From NCBI RefSeq assembly GCF_009914755.1, contig NC_060948.1: 64,000 nt of DNA; one strand, given 5' to 3'. Within the stretch, counting starts at the first letter, position 1; each line of letters opens with the position of its first letter. The position numbers and the translations under genes are program-made. The DNA is from the human T2T-CHM13v2.0 reference genome, Homo sapiens. The notes below the pieces were generated by a model. The model searched no databases. It saw nothing but the letters and a program-made list of their open reading frames with translations, and was not told the origin of the DNA. Positions 28,427-42,702 of this stretch are shown one piece after another.

Positions 28427-31400
28427 ATGCACTCGAATGCAATGGAGTCGAAACTAATGGACTGGAATAGAATGGACTCGACTGGTACGGACTCCAATGG
28501 AATGGAATCGAATGGAAGGGAATTGATCGGAATGGACTCGAAGGGAAAAGACTGCAATGGAAAGGTCTCGAATGGAATGGAAATTAATGGAATGGAATGG
28601 AATCGAATGAAATGGAGTCAAAAGGAATGCAATCGAATGGCAAGAAATCGAATGTAATGGAATCGCAAGGAATTGATGTGAACGGAACGGAATGGAATGG
28701 AATCCAAAGGAATGGAATAGAATGGAATGGAATCGAATGGAAAGGACTCAAATGGAAATCACTCGAATAGAATGCAATTTAATAAAATAGGATCAAATGT
28801 AATGGAATGGAATGGAAAGGAATCGAAACGAAAGGAATGGAGACAGATGGAATGGAATGGAACAGAGAGCAATGGTATAGAATGGAATGGAATCATCTGG
28901 AATGGAATTGAATGGAATGGAATAATATGAAATGGAATGGAATAGAATGGAATGGAATGCCCTTGAATTAAATGGACTGGAATGGAATGGACTCGAACAG
29001 AGTGGAATGGAAAGTGTTGAAATAGAATGGAATGGACTCCTTTGGAATGGTCTAGTATGCAATGCAATCGACTGGCAGGGAATCAAAAGGAATGTAATGG
29101 AATGGATTGGACTGGAATGCAATGGACTCGAATAGATTGGAAACGGAATACAAAGGAATGGAATGGAATAGTATGGAATGGAATGGAAAGGAATGGAGTG
29201 GAATAGACTAGAGTGGAATGGAATGGACTGGAAAGCAATGGACTGGAATGGAACTTTCTTGAATAGACTGGAATCAAACGGAATGGAATGCAATGCAATC
29301 AAATGGCATGGAATAAAATAGAATGAAAGAGAATCAAATGGAATTGAATCGAATGGAATCGAATGGATTGGAAAGGAATAGAATGGAATGGAATGGAATT
29401 GACTCAAATGGAATGGACTAGAATGGAATGGATTCGAATGGAAGGCAAAGGAATGGAATCTATTGGAATGGACTGTAATGGAATGGAATGGAAGGGATTG
29501 GAATGGACTCGAATGGAATGGACTGCAATAGAAAGGATTCGAATGGAATGAAAAAGAATTGAATGGAATAGAACAGAATGGAATCAAATCGAATGAAATG
29601 GAATGGAATAGAAAGGAATGGAATGAAATGGAATGGAAAGGATTCGAATGGAATGCAATCGAATGGAATGGAATCGAACGGAATGGAATAAAATGGAAGA
29701 AAACTGGCAAGAAATGGAATCGAAATGAATGGAGTGTTATGGAACGGACTCAAAAGGAATTGAATGTAATAGAATGGAGTGGAGTGGACTCGAATATAAT
29801 GGACTGGAATGGAATGAAATCACATGGAATGGGAACGAATGGAATGGAATGGAAAGGAATGGAATCGAATGGAAAGGAATCGAATGGAAGGGAATGCAAT
29901 TGAATCAACAGGAATGGAAGGGAATAGAATAGACGGTAATGGAATGGACTCGAATAGAATGGACACGAATGCTCAAATTGAATGGACTCGAATGGAATGG
30001 AAACGAAAGGAATGTCATCGAATGGAATTGAATCGATTGGAATGAAATCGCATAGAATGGAGTGGAATCAAATGGAATTGAATCGAAAGGAAAGGAAGCG
30101 AATGGACTGAAATGAAATGGAATGGAATTGAATGGAAAGTAATGCAATGGAATAGAATGGAACGAAATTTCACGGAATGGAATCAAACTGAATGGAATCA
30201 AGTCAATGGAATCAAATCAAATGGAATGGAAAGGAATTGAATGGAGTAGATTGGATTGGATGGGATTGGAATGAAATGTACTGGAAAGGACTCGAATTTC
30301 ATGAAACGGAATGGAATCAATTGGAACGGAATGGACTCGAATGGAATGGAATGTCATGGAATGGCATCAAATGGAATGGCATCAAATGGAATGGAATCGA
30401 ATGCAATGGAATGCTATGGAATGGAATGGAAGGCATTGGAATGGAATGTCCTCTAATGGAATGGATTCCAGTGGAATGGAATCGAATATAATGGAGTCGA
30501 ATGAAATGGAATTGAAAGGAATGGGATCGAATAGAATGGAATATACTGGAATGTAATGTAATGAACTCGAATGTAATTGACTGGAATGGAATGTACATGA
30601 ATGGAATGTAATCGAATGGAAAGTAATCCAATGGAATAGAATCTAATGCAATAAAATCGACTCAGATAGAGTAGAATGTAATGGAATGGAGTGCAGTGCA
30701 ATGGAATGGAATGGAATGGAATGGAATGGAATGGAATGGAATGGAATGCAATGGAATGGAATGGAATGGAATGGGATGGAATGGTATGGAATGGATAGTA
30801 ATGGACTGGAGTGAAATGGACTGGAAAGGAATGGACTCAAATTGAAAGGGCTCGAAAGGAATGGAGTCAAATGGAATGGTCTGGAATGGAATGAACACGA
30901 ATGTAATGCAATCCAATAGAATGGAATCGAATGGCATGGAATATAAAGAAATGGAATCAAAGAGAATGGAAACAAATGGAATGGAATTGAATGGAATGGA
31001 ATTGAATGGAATGGGAACGAATGGAGTGAAATTGTATGCAGTAGAAGAGAATAGAATGGAATGCAAGCGAAAGGAAAGGAATGGATTGGAATGGAATGGA
31101 ATTCATTGGAATGGAAGGGAATGTAGTGTAATGGACAGGCCTGGAATAAAGTGGAATGCTACGGTCTCGAATGGAATAAAAATGTATGGAATGGAATGCA
31201 ATGAAACGGAATCGAATGTCATAGAATGTAATGGAATGCAAAAAAATGGAATCCAAAATCATTGACTGGAAAGGCTGGGTGTCGAAAGGAATTGACTCCA
31301 ATGGAATGGAATCGAATGGAATGGAAGTGAATAGAATCGAACTAAATCGAATGGAATGGAATTGATAGGAACGGAATGGAAAGGAATGCAATGATTTGGC

Positions 31401-31995
31401 ATGGAATGGAATCGAATGGCATCGAATGGAATGGAATGGAATGCAATGGAATGGAATGTATTAGAATGTAATGAACTTTAATGGAATGTACTCGAATGGA
31501 TTCGACTGGAATGGAATGTTCTGGAAGTGAATGGACTCCAATGGAATGGATTCAAAAGGAATGGAATCGTACGGAATGGAATCTAATGGAATGGAATTAA
31601 ATGGAAATGAATCAAATTGAATAGCACGGAATTGAATTGAATGGAATGGAATGCAATGGAATCTAATGAAACGGAAAGGAAAGGAATGGAATGGAATGGA
31701 ATGGGCTGGAATGGAAAGGAATCGAAACGAATGGAATGGAATCGAACTGAAGAGACTGGAATGGAATGCACTGGAATGGAAGGGAGTGTAATGGAAGGTT
31801 CTCGAAAAAAATGGAATCGAATGGAATGGAATTGAATGGAACGGAATAGAGTCGAATGGAATTGAATGGAATGGAATGGACTAGAGTGAAATGGAATCGA
31901 ACCACAAGGAATGGACAGGAATAGAATGGTCTCGAATTGAATGGAATCGTATGGAATGGCATCAAACGGAATGGAATGGACAGCCACGGAATGGA
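28427..31995 (+). repeat. DYZ1 unit 9 (3569 bp)
   Basis: Anchors 28427/31996; tract 105; shares diagnostic variants with unit 7. Confidence 0.92.
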
Positions 31996-34900
31996 ATGCA
32001 CTCGAATGCAATGGAGTCGAAACTAATGGACTGGAATAGAATGGACTCGACTGGTACGGACTCCAATGGAATGGAATCGAATGGAAGGGAATCGAACGGA
32101 ATGGACTCGAAGGGAAAAGACTGCAATGGAAAGGTCTCGAATGGAATGGAAATTAATGGAATGGAATGGAATCGAATGAAATGGAGTCAAAAGGAATGGA
32201 ATCGAATGGCAAGAAATCGAATGTAATGGAATCGCAAGGAATTGATGTGAACGGAACGGAATGGAATGGAATCCAAAGGAATGGAATAGAATGGAATGGA
32301 ATCGAATGGAAAGGACTCGAATGGAAATCACTCGAATAGAATGCAATTTAATAAAATAGGATCAAATGTAATGGAATGGAATGGAAAGGAATCGAAACGA
32401 AAGGAATGGAGACAGATGGAATGGAATGGAACAGAGAGCAATGGTATAGAATGGAATGGAATCATCTGGAATGGAATTGAATGGAATGGAATAATATGAA
32501 ATGGAATGGAATGGAATGGAATGGAATGGAATGGAATGGAATGCCCTTGAATTAAATGGACTGGAATGGAATGGACTCGAACAGAGTGGAATGGAAAGTG
32601 TTGAGATAGAATTGAATGGACTCCTTTGGAATGGAGTAGTATGCAATGCAATCGACTGGCAGGGAATCAAAAGGAATGTAATCGAATGGATTGGACTGGA
32701 ATGCAATGGACTCGAATAGATTGGAAACGGAATGCAAAGGAATGGAATGGAATAGTATGGAATGGAATGGAAAGGAATGGAGTGGAATAGACTAGAGTGG
32801 AATGGAATGGACTGGAAAGCAATGGACTGGAATGGAACTTTCTTGAATGGACTGGAATCAAACGGAATGGAATGCAATGCAATCAAATGGCATGGAATAA
32901 AATAGAATGAAAGAGAATCAAATGGAATTGAATCGAATGGAATCGAATGGATTGGAAAGGAATAGAATGGAATGGAATGGAATTGACTCAAATGGAATGG
33001 ACTAGAATGGAATGGATTCGAATGGAAGGCAAAGGAATGGAATCTATTGGAATGGACTGTAATGGAATGGAATGGAAAGGATTGGAATGGACTCGAATGG
33101 AATGGACTGCAATAGAAAGGATTCGAATGGAATGAAAAAGAATTGAATGGAATAGAACAGAATGGAATCAAATCGAATGAAATGGAATGGAATAGAAAGG
33201 AATGGAATGAAATGGAATGGAAAGGATTCGAATGGAATGCAATCGAATGGAATGGAATCGAACGGAATGGAATAAAATGGAAGAAAACTGGCAAGAAATG
33301 GAATCGAAATGAATGGAGTGTTATGGAACGGACTCAAAAGGAATTGAATGTAATAGAATGGAGTGGAGTGGACTCGAATATAATGGACTGGAATGGAATG
33401 AAATCACATGGAATGGGAACGAATGGAATGGAATGGAAAGGAATGGAATCGAATGGAAAGGAATCGAATGGAAGGGAATGCAATTGAATCAACAGGAATG
33501 GAAGGGAATAGAATAGACGGTAATGGAATGGACTCGAATAGAATGGACACGAATGCTCAAATTGAATGGACTCGAATGGAATGGAAACGAAAGGAATGTC
33601 ATCGAATGGAATTGAATCGATTGGAATGAAATCGCATAGAATGGAGTGGAATCAAATGGAATTGAATCGAAAGGAAAGGAAGCGAATGGACTGAAATGAA
33701 ATGGAATGGAATTGAATGGAAAGTCATGCAATGGAATAGAATGGAACGAAATTTCACGGAATGGAATCAAACTGAATGGAATCAAATCAATGGAATCAAA
33801 TCAAATGGAATGGAAAGGAATTGAATGCAGTAGATTGGATTGGATGGGATTGGAATGAAATGTACTGGAAAGGACTCGAATTTCATGAAACGGAATGGAA
33901 TGAATTGGAACGGAATGGACTCGAATGGAATGGAATGTCATGGAATGGCATCAAATGGAATGGCATCAAATGGAATGGAATCGAATGCAATGGAATGCTA
34001 TTTAATGGAATGGAATGCATTGGAATGGAATGTCCTCTAATGGAATGGATTCGAGTGGAATGGAATCGAATATAATGGAGTCGAATGAAATGGAATTGAA
34101 AGGAATGGGACCGAATACAATGGAATATACTGCAATGTAATGTAATGAACTGGAATGTAATTGACTGGAATGGAATGTACATGAATGGAATGTAATCGAA
34201 TGGAAAGTAATCCAATGGAATAGAATCTAATGCAATAAAATCGACTCAGATAGAGTAGAATGTAATGGAATGGAGTGCAGTGCAATGGAATGGAATGAAA
34301 TGGAATGCAATGGAATGGAATGGAATGCAATGGAATGGAATGGAATGGAATGGAATGGGATGGAATGCTATGGAATGTATAGTAATGGACTGGAGTGAAA
34401 TGGACTGGAAAGGAATGGACTCAAATTGAAAGGGCTCGAAAGGAATGGAGTCAAATGGAATGGTCTGGAATGGAATGAACACGAATGTAATGCAATCCAA
34501 TAGAATGGAATCGAATGGCATGGAATATAAAGAAATGGAATCGAAGAGAATGGAAACAAATGGAATGGAATTGAATGGAATGGGAACGAATGGAGTGAAA
34601 TTGTATGCAGTAGAAGGGAATAGAATGGAATGCAAGCGAAAGGAAAGGAATGGATTGGAATGGAATGGAATTCATTGGAATGGAAGGGAATGTAGTGTAA
34701 TGGACAGGCCTGGAATAAAGTGGAATGCTACGGTCTCGAATGGAATAAAAATGTATGGAATGGAATGCAATGAAACGGAATCGAATGTCATAGAATGTAA
34801 TGGAATGCAAAAAAATGGAATCCAAAATCATTGACTGGAAAGGCTGGGTGTCGAAAGGAATTGACTCCAATGGAATGGAATCGAATGGAATGGAAGTGAA

Positions 34901-35564
34901 TAGAATCGAACTAAATCGAATGGAATGGAATTGATAGGAATGGAATGGAAAGGAATGCAATGATTTGGCATGGAATGGAATCGAATGGCATCGAATGGAA
35001 TGGAATGGAATGCAATGGAATGGAATGTATTAGAATGTAATGAACTTTAATGGAATGTACTCGAATGGATTCGACTGGAATGGAATGTTCTGGAAGTGAA
35101 TGGACTCCAATGGAATGGATTCAAAAGGAATGGAATCGTACGGAATCGAAACTAATGGAATGGAATTAAATGGAAATGAATCAAATTGAATAGCACGGAA
35201 TTGAATTCAATGGAATCGAATGCAATGGAATCTAATGAAACGGAAAGGAAAGGAATGGAATGGAATGGAATGGGCTGGAATGGAAAGGAATCGAAACGAA
35301 TGGAATGGAATCGAACTGAAGAGACTGGAATGGAATGCACTGGAATGGAAGGGAGTGTAATGGAAGGTTCTCGAAAAAAATGGAATCGAATGGAATGCAA
35401 TTGAATGGAACGGAATAGAGTCGAATGGAATTGAATGGAATGGAATGGACTAGAGTGAAATGGAATCGAACCACAAGGAATGGACAGGAATAGAATGGTC
35501 TCGAATTGAATGGAATCGTATGGAATGGCATCAAACGGAATGGAATGGACAGCCACGGAATGGA
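31996..35564 (+). repeat. DYZ1 unit 10 (3569 bp)
   Basis: Anchors 31996/35565; tract 105; +15 at ~32520 and -15 at ~34570; extra GAATTC at 35203; shares variants with unit 8. Confidence 0.92.
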
Positions 35565-38500
35565 ATGCACTCGAATGCAATGGAGTCGAAACTAATGGAC
35601 TGGAATAGAATGGACTCGACTGGTACGGACTCCAATGGAATGGAATCGAATGGAAGGGAATCGATCGGAATGGACTCGAAGGGAAAAGACTGCAATGGAA
35701 AGGTCTCGAATGGAATGGAAATTAATGGAATGGAATGGAATCGAATGAAATGGAGTCAAAAGGAATGCAATCGAATGGCAAGAAATCGAATGTAATGGAA
35801 TCGCAAGGAATTGATGTGAACGGAACGGAATGGAATGGAATCCAAAGGAATGGAATAGAATGGAATGGAATCGAATGGAAAGGACTCAAATGGAAATCAC
35901 TCGAATAGAATGCAATTTAATAAAATAGGATCAAATGTAATGGAATGGAATGGAAAGGAATCGAAACTAAAGGAATGGAGACAGATGGAATGGAATGGAA
36001 CAGAGAGCAATGGTATAGAATGGAATGGAATCATCTGGAATGGAATTGAATGGAATGGAATAATATGAAATGGAATGGAATGGAATGGAATGGAATGCCC
36101 TTGAATTAAATGGACTGGAATGGAATGGACTCGAACAGAGTGGAATGGAAAGTGTTGAGATAGAATCGAATGGACTCCTTCGGAATGGTCTAGTATGCAA
36201 TGCAATCGACTGGCAGGGAATCAAAAGGAATGTAATCGAATGGATTGGACTGGAATGCAATGGACTCGAATAGATTGGAAACGGAATGCAAAGGAATGGA
36301 ATGGAATAGTATGGAATGGAATGGAAAGGAATGGAGTGGAATAGATTAGAGTGGAATGGAATGGACTGGAAAGCAATGGACTGGAATGGAACTTTCTTGA
36401 ATGGACTGGAATCAAACGGAATGGAATGCAATGCAATCAAATGGCATGGAATAAAATAGAATGAAAGAGAATCAAATGGAATTGAATCGAATGGAATCGA
36501 ATGGATTGGAAAGGAATAGAATGGAATGGAATGGAATTGACTCAAATGGAATGGACTAGAATGGAATGGATTCGAATGGAAGGCAAAGGAATGGAATCTA
36601 TTGGAAGGGACTGTAATGGAATGGAATGGAAGGGATTGGAATGGACTCGAATGGAATGGACTGCAATAAAAAGGATTCGAATGGAATGAAAAAGAATTGA
36701 ATGGAATAGAACAGAATGGAATCAAATCGAATGAAATGGAATGGAATAGAAAGGAATGGAATGAAATGGAATGGAAAGGATTCGAATGGAATGCAATCGA
36801 ATGGAATGGAATCGAACGGAATGGAATAAAATGGAAGAAAACTGGCAAGAAATGGAATCGAAATGAATGGAGTGTTATGGAACGGACTCAAAAGGAATTG
36901 AATGTAATAGAATGGAGTGGAGTGGACTCGAATATAATGGACTGGAATGGAATGAAATCACATGGAATGGGAACGAATGGAATGGAATGGAAAGGAATGG
37001 AATCGAATGGAAAGGAATCGAATGGAAGGGAATGAAATTGAATCAACAGGAATGGAAGGGAATAGAATAGACGATAATGGAATGGACTCGAATAGAATGG
37101 ACACGAATGCTCAAATTGAATGGACTCGAATGGAATGGAAACGAAAGGAATGTCATCGAATGGAATTGAATCGATTGGAATGAAATCGCATAGAATGGAG
37201 TGGAATCAAATGGAATTGAATCGAAAGGAAAGGAAGCGAATGGACTGAAATGAAATGGAATGGAATTGAATGGAAATTCATGCAATGGAATAGAATGGAA
37301 CGAAATTTCACGGAATGGAATCAAACTGAATGGAATCAAATCAATGGAATATAATCAAATGGAATGGAAAGGAATTGAATGGAGTAGATTGGATTGGATG
37401 GGATTGGAATGAAATGTACTGGAAAGGACTCGAATTTCATGAAACGGAATGGAATGAATTGGAACGGAATGGACTCGAATGGAATGGAATGTCATGGAAT
37501 GGCATCAAATGGAATGGCATCAAATGGAATGGAATCGAATGCAATGGAATGCTATGGAATGGAATGGAATGCATTGGAATGGAATGTCCTCTAATGGAAT
37601 GGATTCGAGTGGAATGGAATCGAATATAATGGAGTCGAATGAAATGGAATTGAAAGGAATGGGATCGAATACAATGGAATATACTGGAATGAAATGTAAT
37701 GAACTCGAATGTAATTGACTGGAATGGAATGTACATGAATGGAATGTAATCGAATGGAAAGTAATCCAATGGAATAGAATCTAATGAAATAAAATCGACT
37801 CAGATAGAGTAGAATGTAATGGAATGGAGTGCAGTGCAATGGAATGGAATGGAATGGAATGCAATGGAATGGAATGGAATGGAATGGAATGGAATGGAAT
37901 GGAATGGGATGGGATGGGATGGAATGGTATGGAATGGATAGTAATGGACTGGAGTGAAATGGACTGGAAAGGAATGGACTCAAATTGAAAGGGCTCGAAA
38001 GGAATGGAGTCAAATGGAATGGTCTGGAATGGAATGAACACGAATGTAATGCAATCCAATAGAATGGAATCGAATGGCATGGAATATAAAGAAATGGAAT
38101 CGAAGAGAATGGAAACAAATGGAATGGAATTGAATGGAATGGGAACGAATGGAGTGAAATTGTATGCAGTAGAAGGGAATAGAATGGAATGCAAGCGAAA
38201 GGAAAGGAATGGATTGGAATGGAATGGAATTCATTGGAATGGAAGGGAATGTAGTGTAATGGACAGGCCTGGAATAAAGTGGAATGCTACGGTCTCGAAT
38301 GGAATAAAAATGTATGGAATGGAATGCAATGAAACGGAATCGAATGTCATAGAATGTAATGGAATGCAAAAAAATGGAATCCAAAATCATTGACTGGAAA
38401 GGCTGGGTGTCGAAAGGAATTGACTCCAATGGAATGGAATCGAATGGAATGGAAGTGAATAGAATCGAACTAAATCGAATGGAATGGAATTGATAGGAAC

Positions 38501-39123
38501 GGAATGGAAAGGAAAGCAATGATTTGGCATGGAATGGAATCGAATGGCATCGAATGGAATGGAATGGAATGCAATGGAATGGAATGTATTAGAATGTAAT
38601 GAACTTTAATGGAATGTACTCGAATGGATTCGACTGGAATGGAATGTTCTGGAAGTGAATGGACTCCAATGGAATGGATTCAAAAGGAATGGAATCGTAC
38701 GGAATGGAATCTAATGGAATGGAATTAAATGGAAATGAATCAAATTGAATAGCACGGAATTGAATTGAATGGAATGGAATGCAATGGAATCTAATGAAAC
38801 GGAAAGGAAAGGAATGGAATGGAATGGAATGGGCTGGAATGGAAAGGAATCGAAACGAATGGAATGGAATCGAACTGAAGAGACTGGAATGGAATGCACT
38901 GGAATGGAAGGGAGTGTAATGGAAGGTTCTCGAAAAAAATTGAATCGAATGGAATGGAATTGAATGGAACGGAAGAGAGTCGAATGGAATTGAATGGAAT
39001 GGAATGGACTAGAGTGAAATGGAATCGAACCACAAGGAATGGACAGGAATAGAATGGTCTCGAATTGAATGGAATCATATGGAATGGCATCAAACGGAAT
39101 GGAATGGACAGCCACGGAATGGA
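35565..39123 (+). repeat. DYZ1 unit 11 (3559 bp)
   Basis: Anchors 35565/39124; tract 110; -15 at ~38130. Confidence 0.92.
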
Positions 39124-42100
39124 ATGCACTCGAATGCAATGGAGTCGAAACTAATGGACTGGAATAGAATGGACTCGACTGGTACAGACTCCAATGGAAT
39201 GGAATCGAATGGAAGGGAATCGAACGGAATGGACTCGAAGGGAAAAGACTGCAATGGAAAGGTCTCGAATGGAATGGAAATTAATGGAATGGAATGGAAT
39301 CGAATGAAATGGAGTCAAAAGGAATGGAATCGAATGGCAAGAAATCGAATGTAATGGAATCGCAAGGAATTGATGTGAACGGAACGGAATGGAATGGAAT
39401 CCAAAGGAATGGAATAGAATGGAATGGAATCGAATGGAAAGGACTCGAATGGAAATCACTCGAATAGAATGCAATTTAATAAAATAGGATCAAATGTAAT
39501 GGAATGGAATGGAAAGGAATCGAAACGAAAGGAATGGAGACAGATGGAATGGAATGGAACAGAGAGCAATGGTATAGAATGGAATGGAATCATCTGGAAT
39601 GGAATTGAATGGAATGGAATAATATGAAATGGAATGGAATGGAATGGAATGGAATGCCCTTGAATTAAATGGACTGGAATGGACTGGACTCGAACAGAGT
39701 GGAATGGAAAGTGTTGAGATAGAATGGAATGGACTCGTTTGGAATGGTCTAGTATGCAATGCAATCGACTGGCAGGGAATCAAAAGGAATGTAATCGAAT
39801 GGATTGGACTGGAATGCAATGGACTCGAATAGATTGGAAACGGAATGCAAAGGAATGGAATGGAATAGTATGGAATGGAATGGAAAGGAATGGAGTGGAA
39901 TAGACTAGAGTGGAATGGAATGGACTGGAAAGCAATGGACTGGAATGGAACTTTCTTGAATGGACTGGAATCAAACGGAATGGAATGCAATGCAATCAAA
40001 TGGCATGGAATAAAATAGAATGAAAGAGAATCAAATGGAATTGAATCGAATGGAATCGAATGGATTGGAAAGGAATAGAATGGAATGGAATGGAATTGAC
40101 TCAAATGGAATGGACTAGAATGGAATGGATTCGAATTGAAGGCAAAGGAATGGAATCTATTGGAATGGACTGTAATGGAATGGAATGGAAGGGATTGGAA
40201 TGGACTCGAATGGAATGGACTGCAATAGAAAGGATTCGAATGGAATGAAAAAGAATTGAATGGAATAGAACAGAATGGAATCAAATCGAATGAAATGGAA
40301 TGGAATAGAAAGGAATGGAATGAAATGGAATGGAAAGGATTCGAATGGAATGCAATCGAATGGAATGGAATCGAACGGAATGGAATAAAATGGAAGAAAA
40401 CTGGCAAGAAATGGAATCGAAATGAATGGAGTGTTATGGAACGGACTCAAAAGGAATTGAATGTAATAGAATGGAGTGGAGTGGACTCGAATATAATGGA
40501 CTGGAATGGAATGAAATCACATGGAATGGGAACGAATGGAATGGAATGGAAAGGAATGGAATCGAATGGAAAGGAATCGAATGGAAGGGAATGCAATTGA
40601 ATCAACAGGAATGGAAGGGAATAGAATAGACGGTAATGGAATGGACTCGAATAGAATGGACACGAATGCTCAAATTGAATGGACTCGAATGGAATGGAAA
40701 CGAAAGGAATGTCATCGAATGGAATTGAATCGATTGGAATGAAATCGCATAGAATGGAGTGGAATCAAATGGAATTGAATCGAAAGGAAAGGAAGCGAAT
40801 GGACTGAAATGAAATGGAATGGAATTGAATGGAAAGTAATGCAATGGAATAGAATGGAACGAAATTTCACGGAATGGAATCAAACTGAATGGAATCAAAT
40901 CAATGGAATCTAATCAAATGGAATGGAAAGGAATTGAATGGAGTAGATTGGATTGGATGGGATTGGAATGAAATGTACTGGAAAGGACTCGAATTTCATG
41001 AAACGGAATGGAATGAATTGGAACGGAATGGACTCGAATGGAATGGAATGTCATGGAATGGCATCAAATGGAATGGCATCAAATGGAATGGAATCGAATG
41101 CAATGGAATGCTATGGAATGGAATGGAATGCATTGGAATGGAATGTCCTCTAATGGAATGGATTCGAGTGGAATGGAATCGAATATAATGGAGTCGAATG
41201 AAATGGAATTGAAAGGAATGGGATCGAATACAATGGAATATACTGGAATGTAATGTAATGAACTCGAAAGTAATTGACTGGAATGGAATGTACATGAATG
41301 GAATGTAATCGAATGGAAAGTAATCCAATGGAATAGAATCTAATGCAATAAAATCGACTCAGATAGAGTAGAATGTAATGGAATGGAGTGCAGTGCAATG
41401 GAATGGAATGGAATGGAATGCAATGGAATGGAATGGAATGGAATGAAATGGAATGGAATGGAATGGAATGGGATGGGATGGGATGGAATGGTATGGAATG
41501 GATAGTAATGGACTGGAGTGAAATGGACTGGAAAGGAATGGACTCAAATTGAAAGGGCTCGAAAGGAATGGAGTCAAATGGAATGGTCTGGAATGGAATG
41601 AACACGAATGTAATGCAATCCAATAGAATGGAATCGAATGGCATGGAATATAAAGAAATGGAATCGAAGAGAATGGAAACAAATGGAATGGAATTGAATG
41701 GAATGGAATTGAATGGAATGGGAACGAATGGAGTGAAATTGTATGCAGTAGAAGGGAATAGAATGGAATGCAAGCGAAAGGAAAGGAATGGATTGGAATG
41801 GAATGGAATTCATTGGAATGGAAGGGAATGTAGTGTAATGGACAGGCCTGGAATAAAGTGGAATGCTACGGTCTCGAATGGAATAAAAATGTATGGAATG
41901 GAATGCAATGCAACGGAATCGAATGTCATAGAATGTAATGGAATGCAAAAAAATGGAATCCAAAATCATTGACTGGAAAGGCTGGGTGTCGAAAGGAATT
42001 GACTCCAATGGAATGGAATCGAATGGAATGGAAGTGAATAGAATCGAACTAAATCGAATGGAATGGAATTGATAGGAACGGAATGGAAAGGAATGCAATG

Positions 42101-42702
42101 ATTTGGCATGGAATGGAATCGAATGGCATCGAATGGAATGGAATGGAATGCAATGGAATGGAATGTATTAGAATGTAATGAACTTTAATGGAATGTACTC
42201 GAATGGATTCGACTGGAATGGAATGTTCTGGAAGTGAATGGACTCCAATGGAATGGATTCAAAAGGAATGGAATCGTACGGAATGGAATCTAATGGAATG
42301 GAATTAAATGGAAATGAATCAAATTGAATAGCACGGAATTGAATTGAATGGAATGGAATGCAATGGAATCTAATGAAACGGAAAGGAAAGGAATGGAATG
42401 GAATGGAATGGGCTGGAATGGAAAGGAATCGAAACGAATGGAATGGAATCGAACTGAAGAGACTGGAATGGAATGCACTGGAATGGAAGGGAGTGTAATG
42501 GAAGGTTCTCGAAAAAAATTGAATCGAATGGAATGGAATTGAATGGAACGGAAGAGAGTCGAATGGAATTGAATGGAATGGAATGGACTAGAGTGAAATG
42601 GAATCGAACCACAAGGAATGGACAGGAATAGAATGGTCTCGAATTGAATGGAATCGTATGGAATGGCATCAAACGGAATGGAATGGACAGCCACGGAATG
42701 GA
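39124..42702 (+). repeat. DYZ1 unit 12 (3579 bp)
   Basis: Anchors 39124/42703; tract 115. Confidence 0.92.

Noticed and set aside
37906-37922. G-quadruplex at (GGGAT)3GG
   Set aside because: It has only three G3 runs and does not meet the canonical four-run motif.
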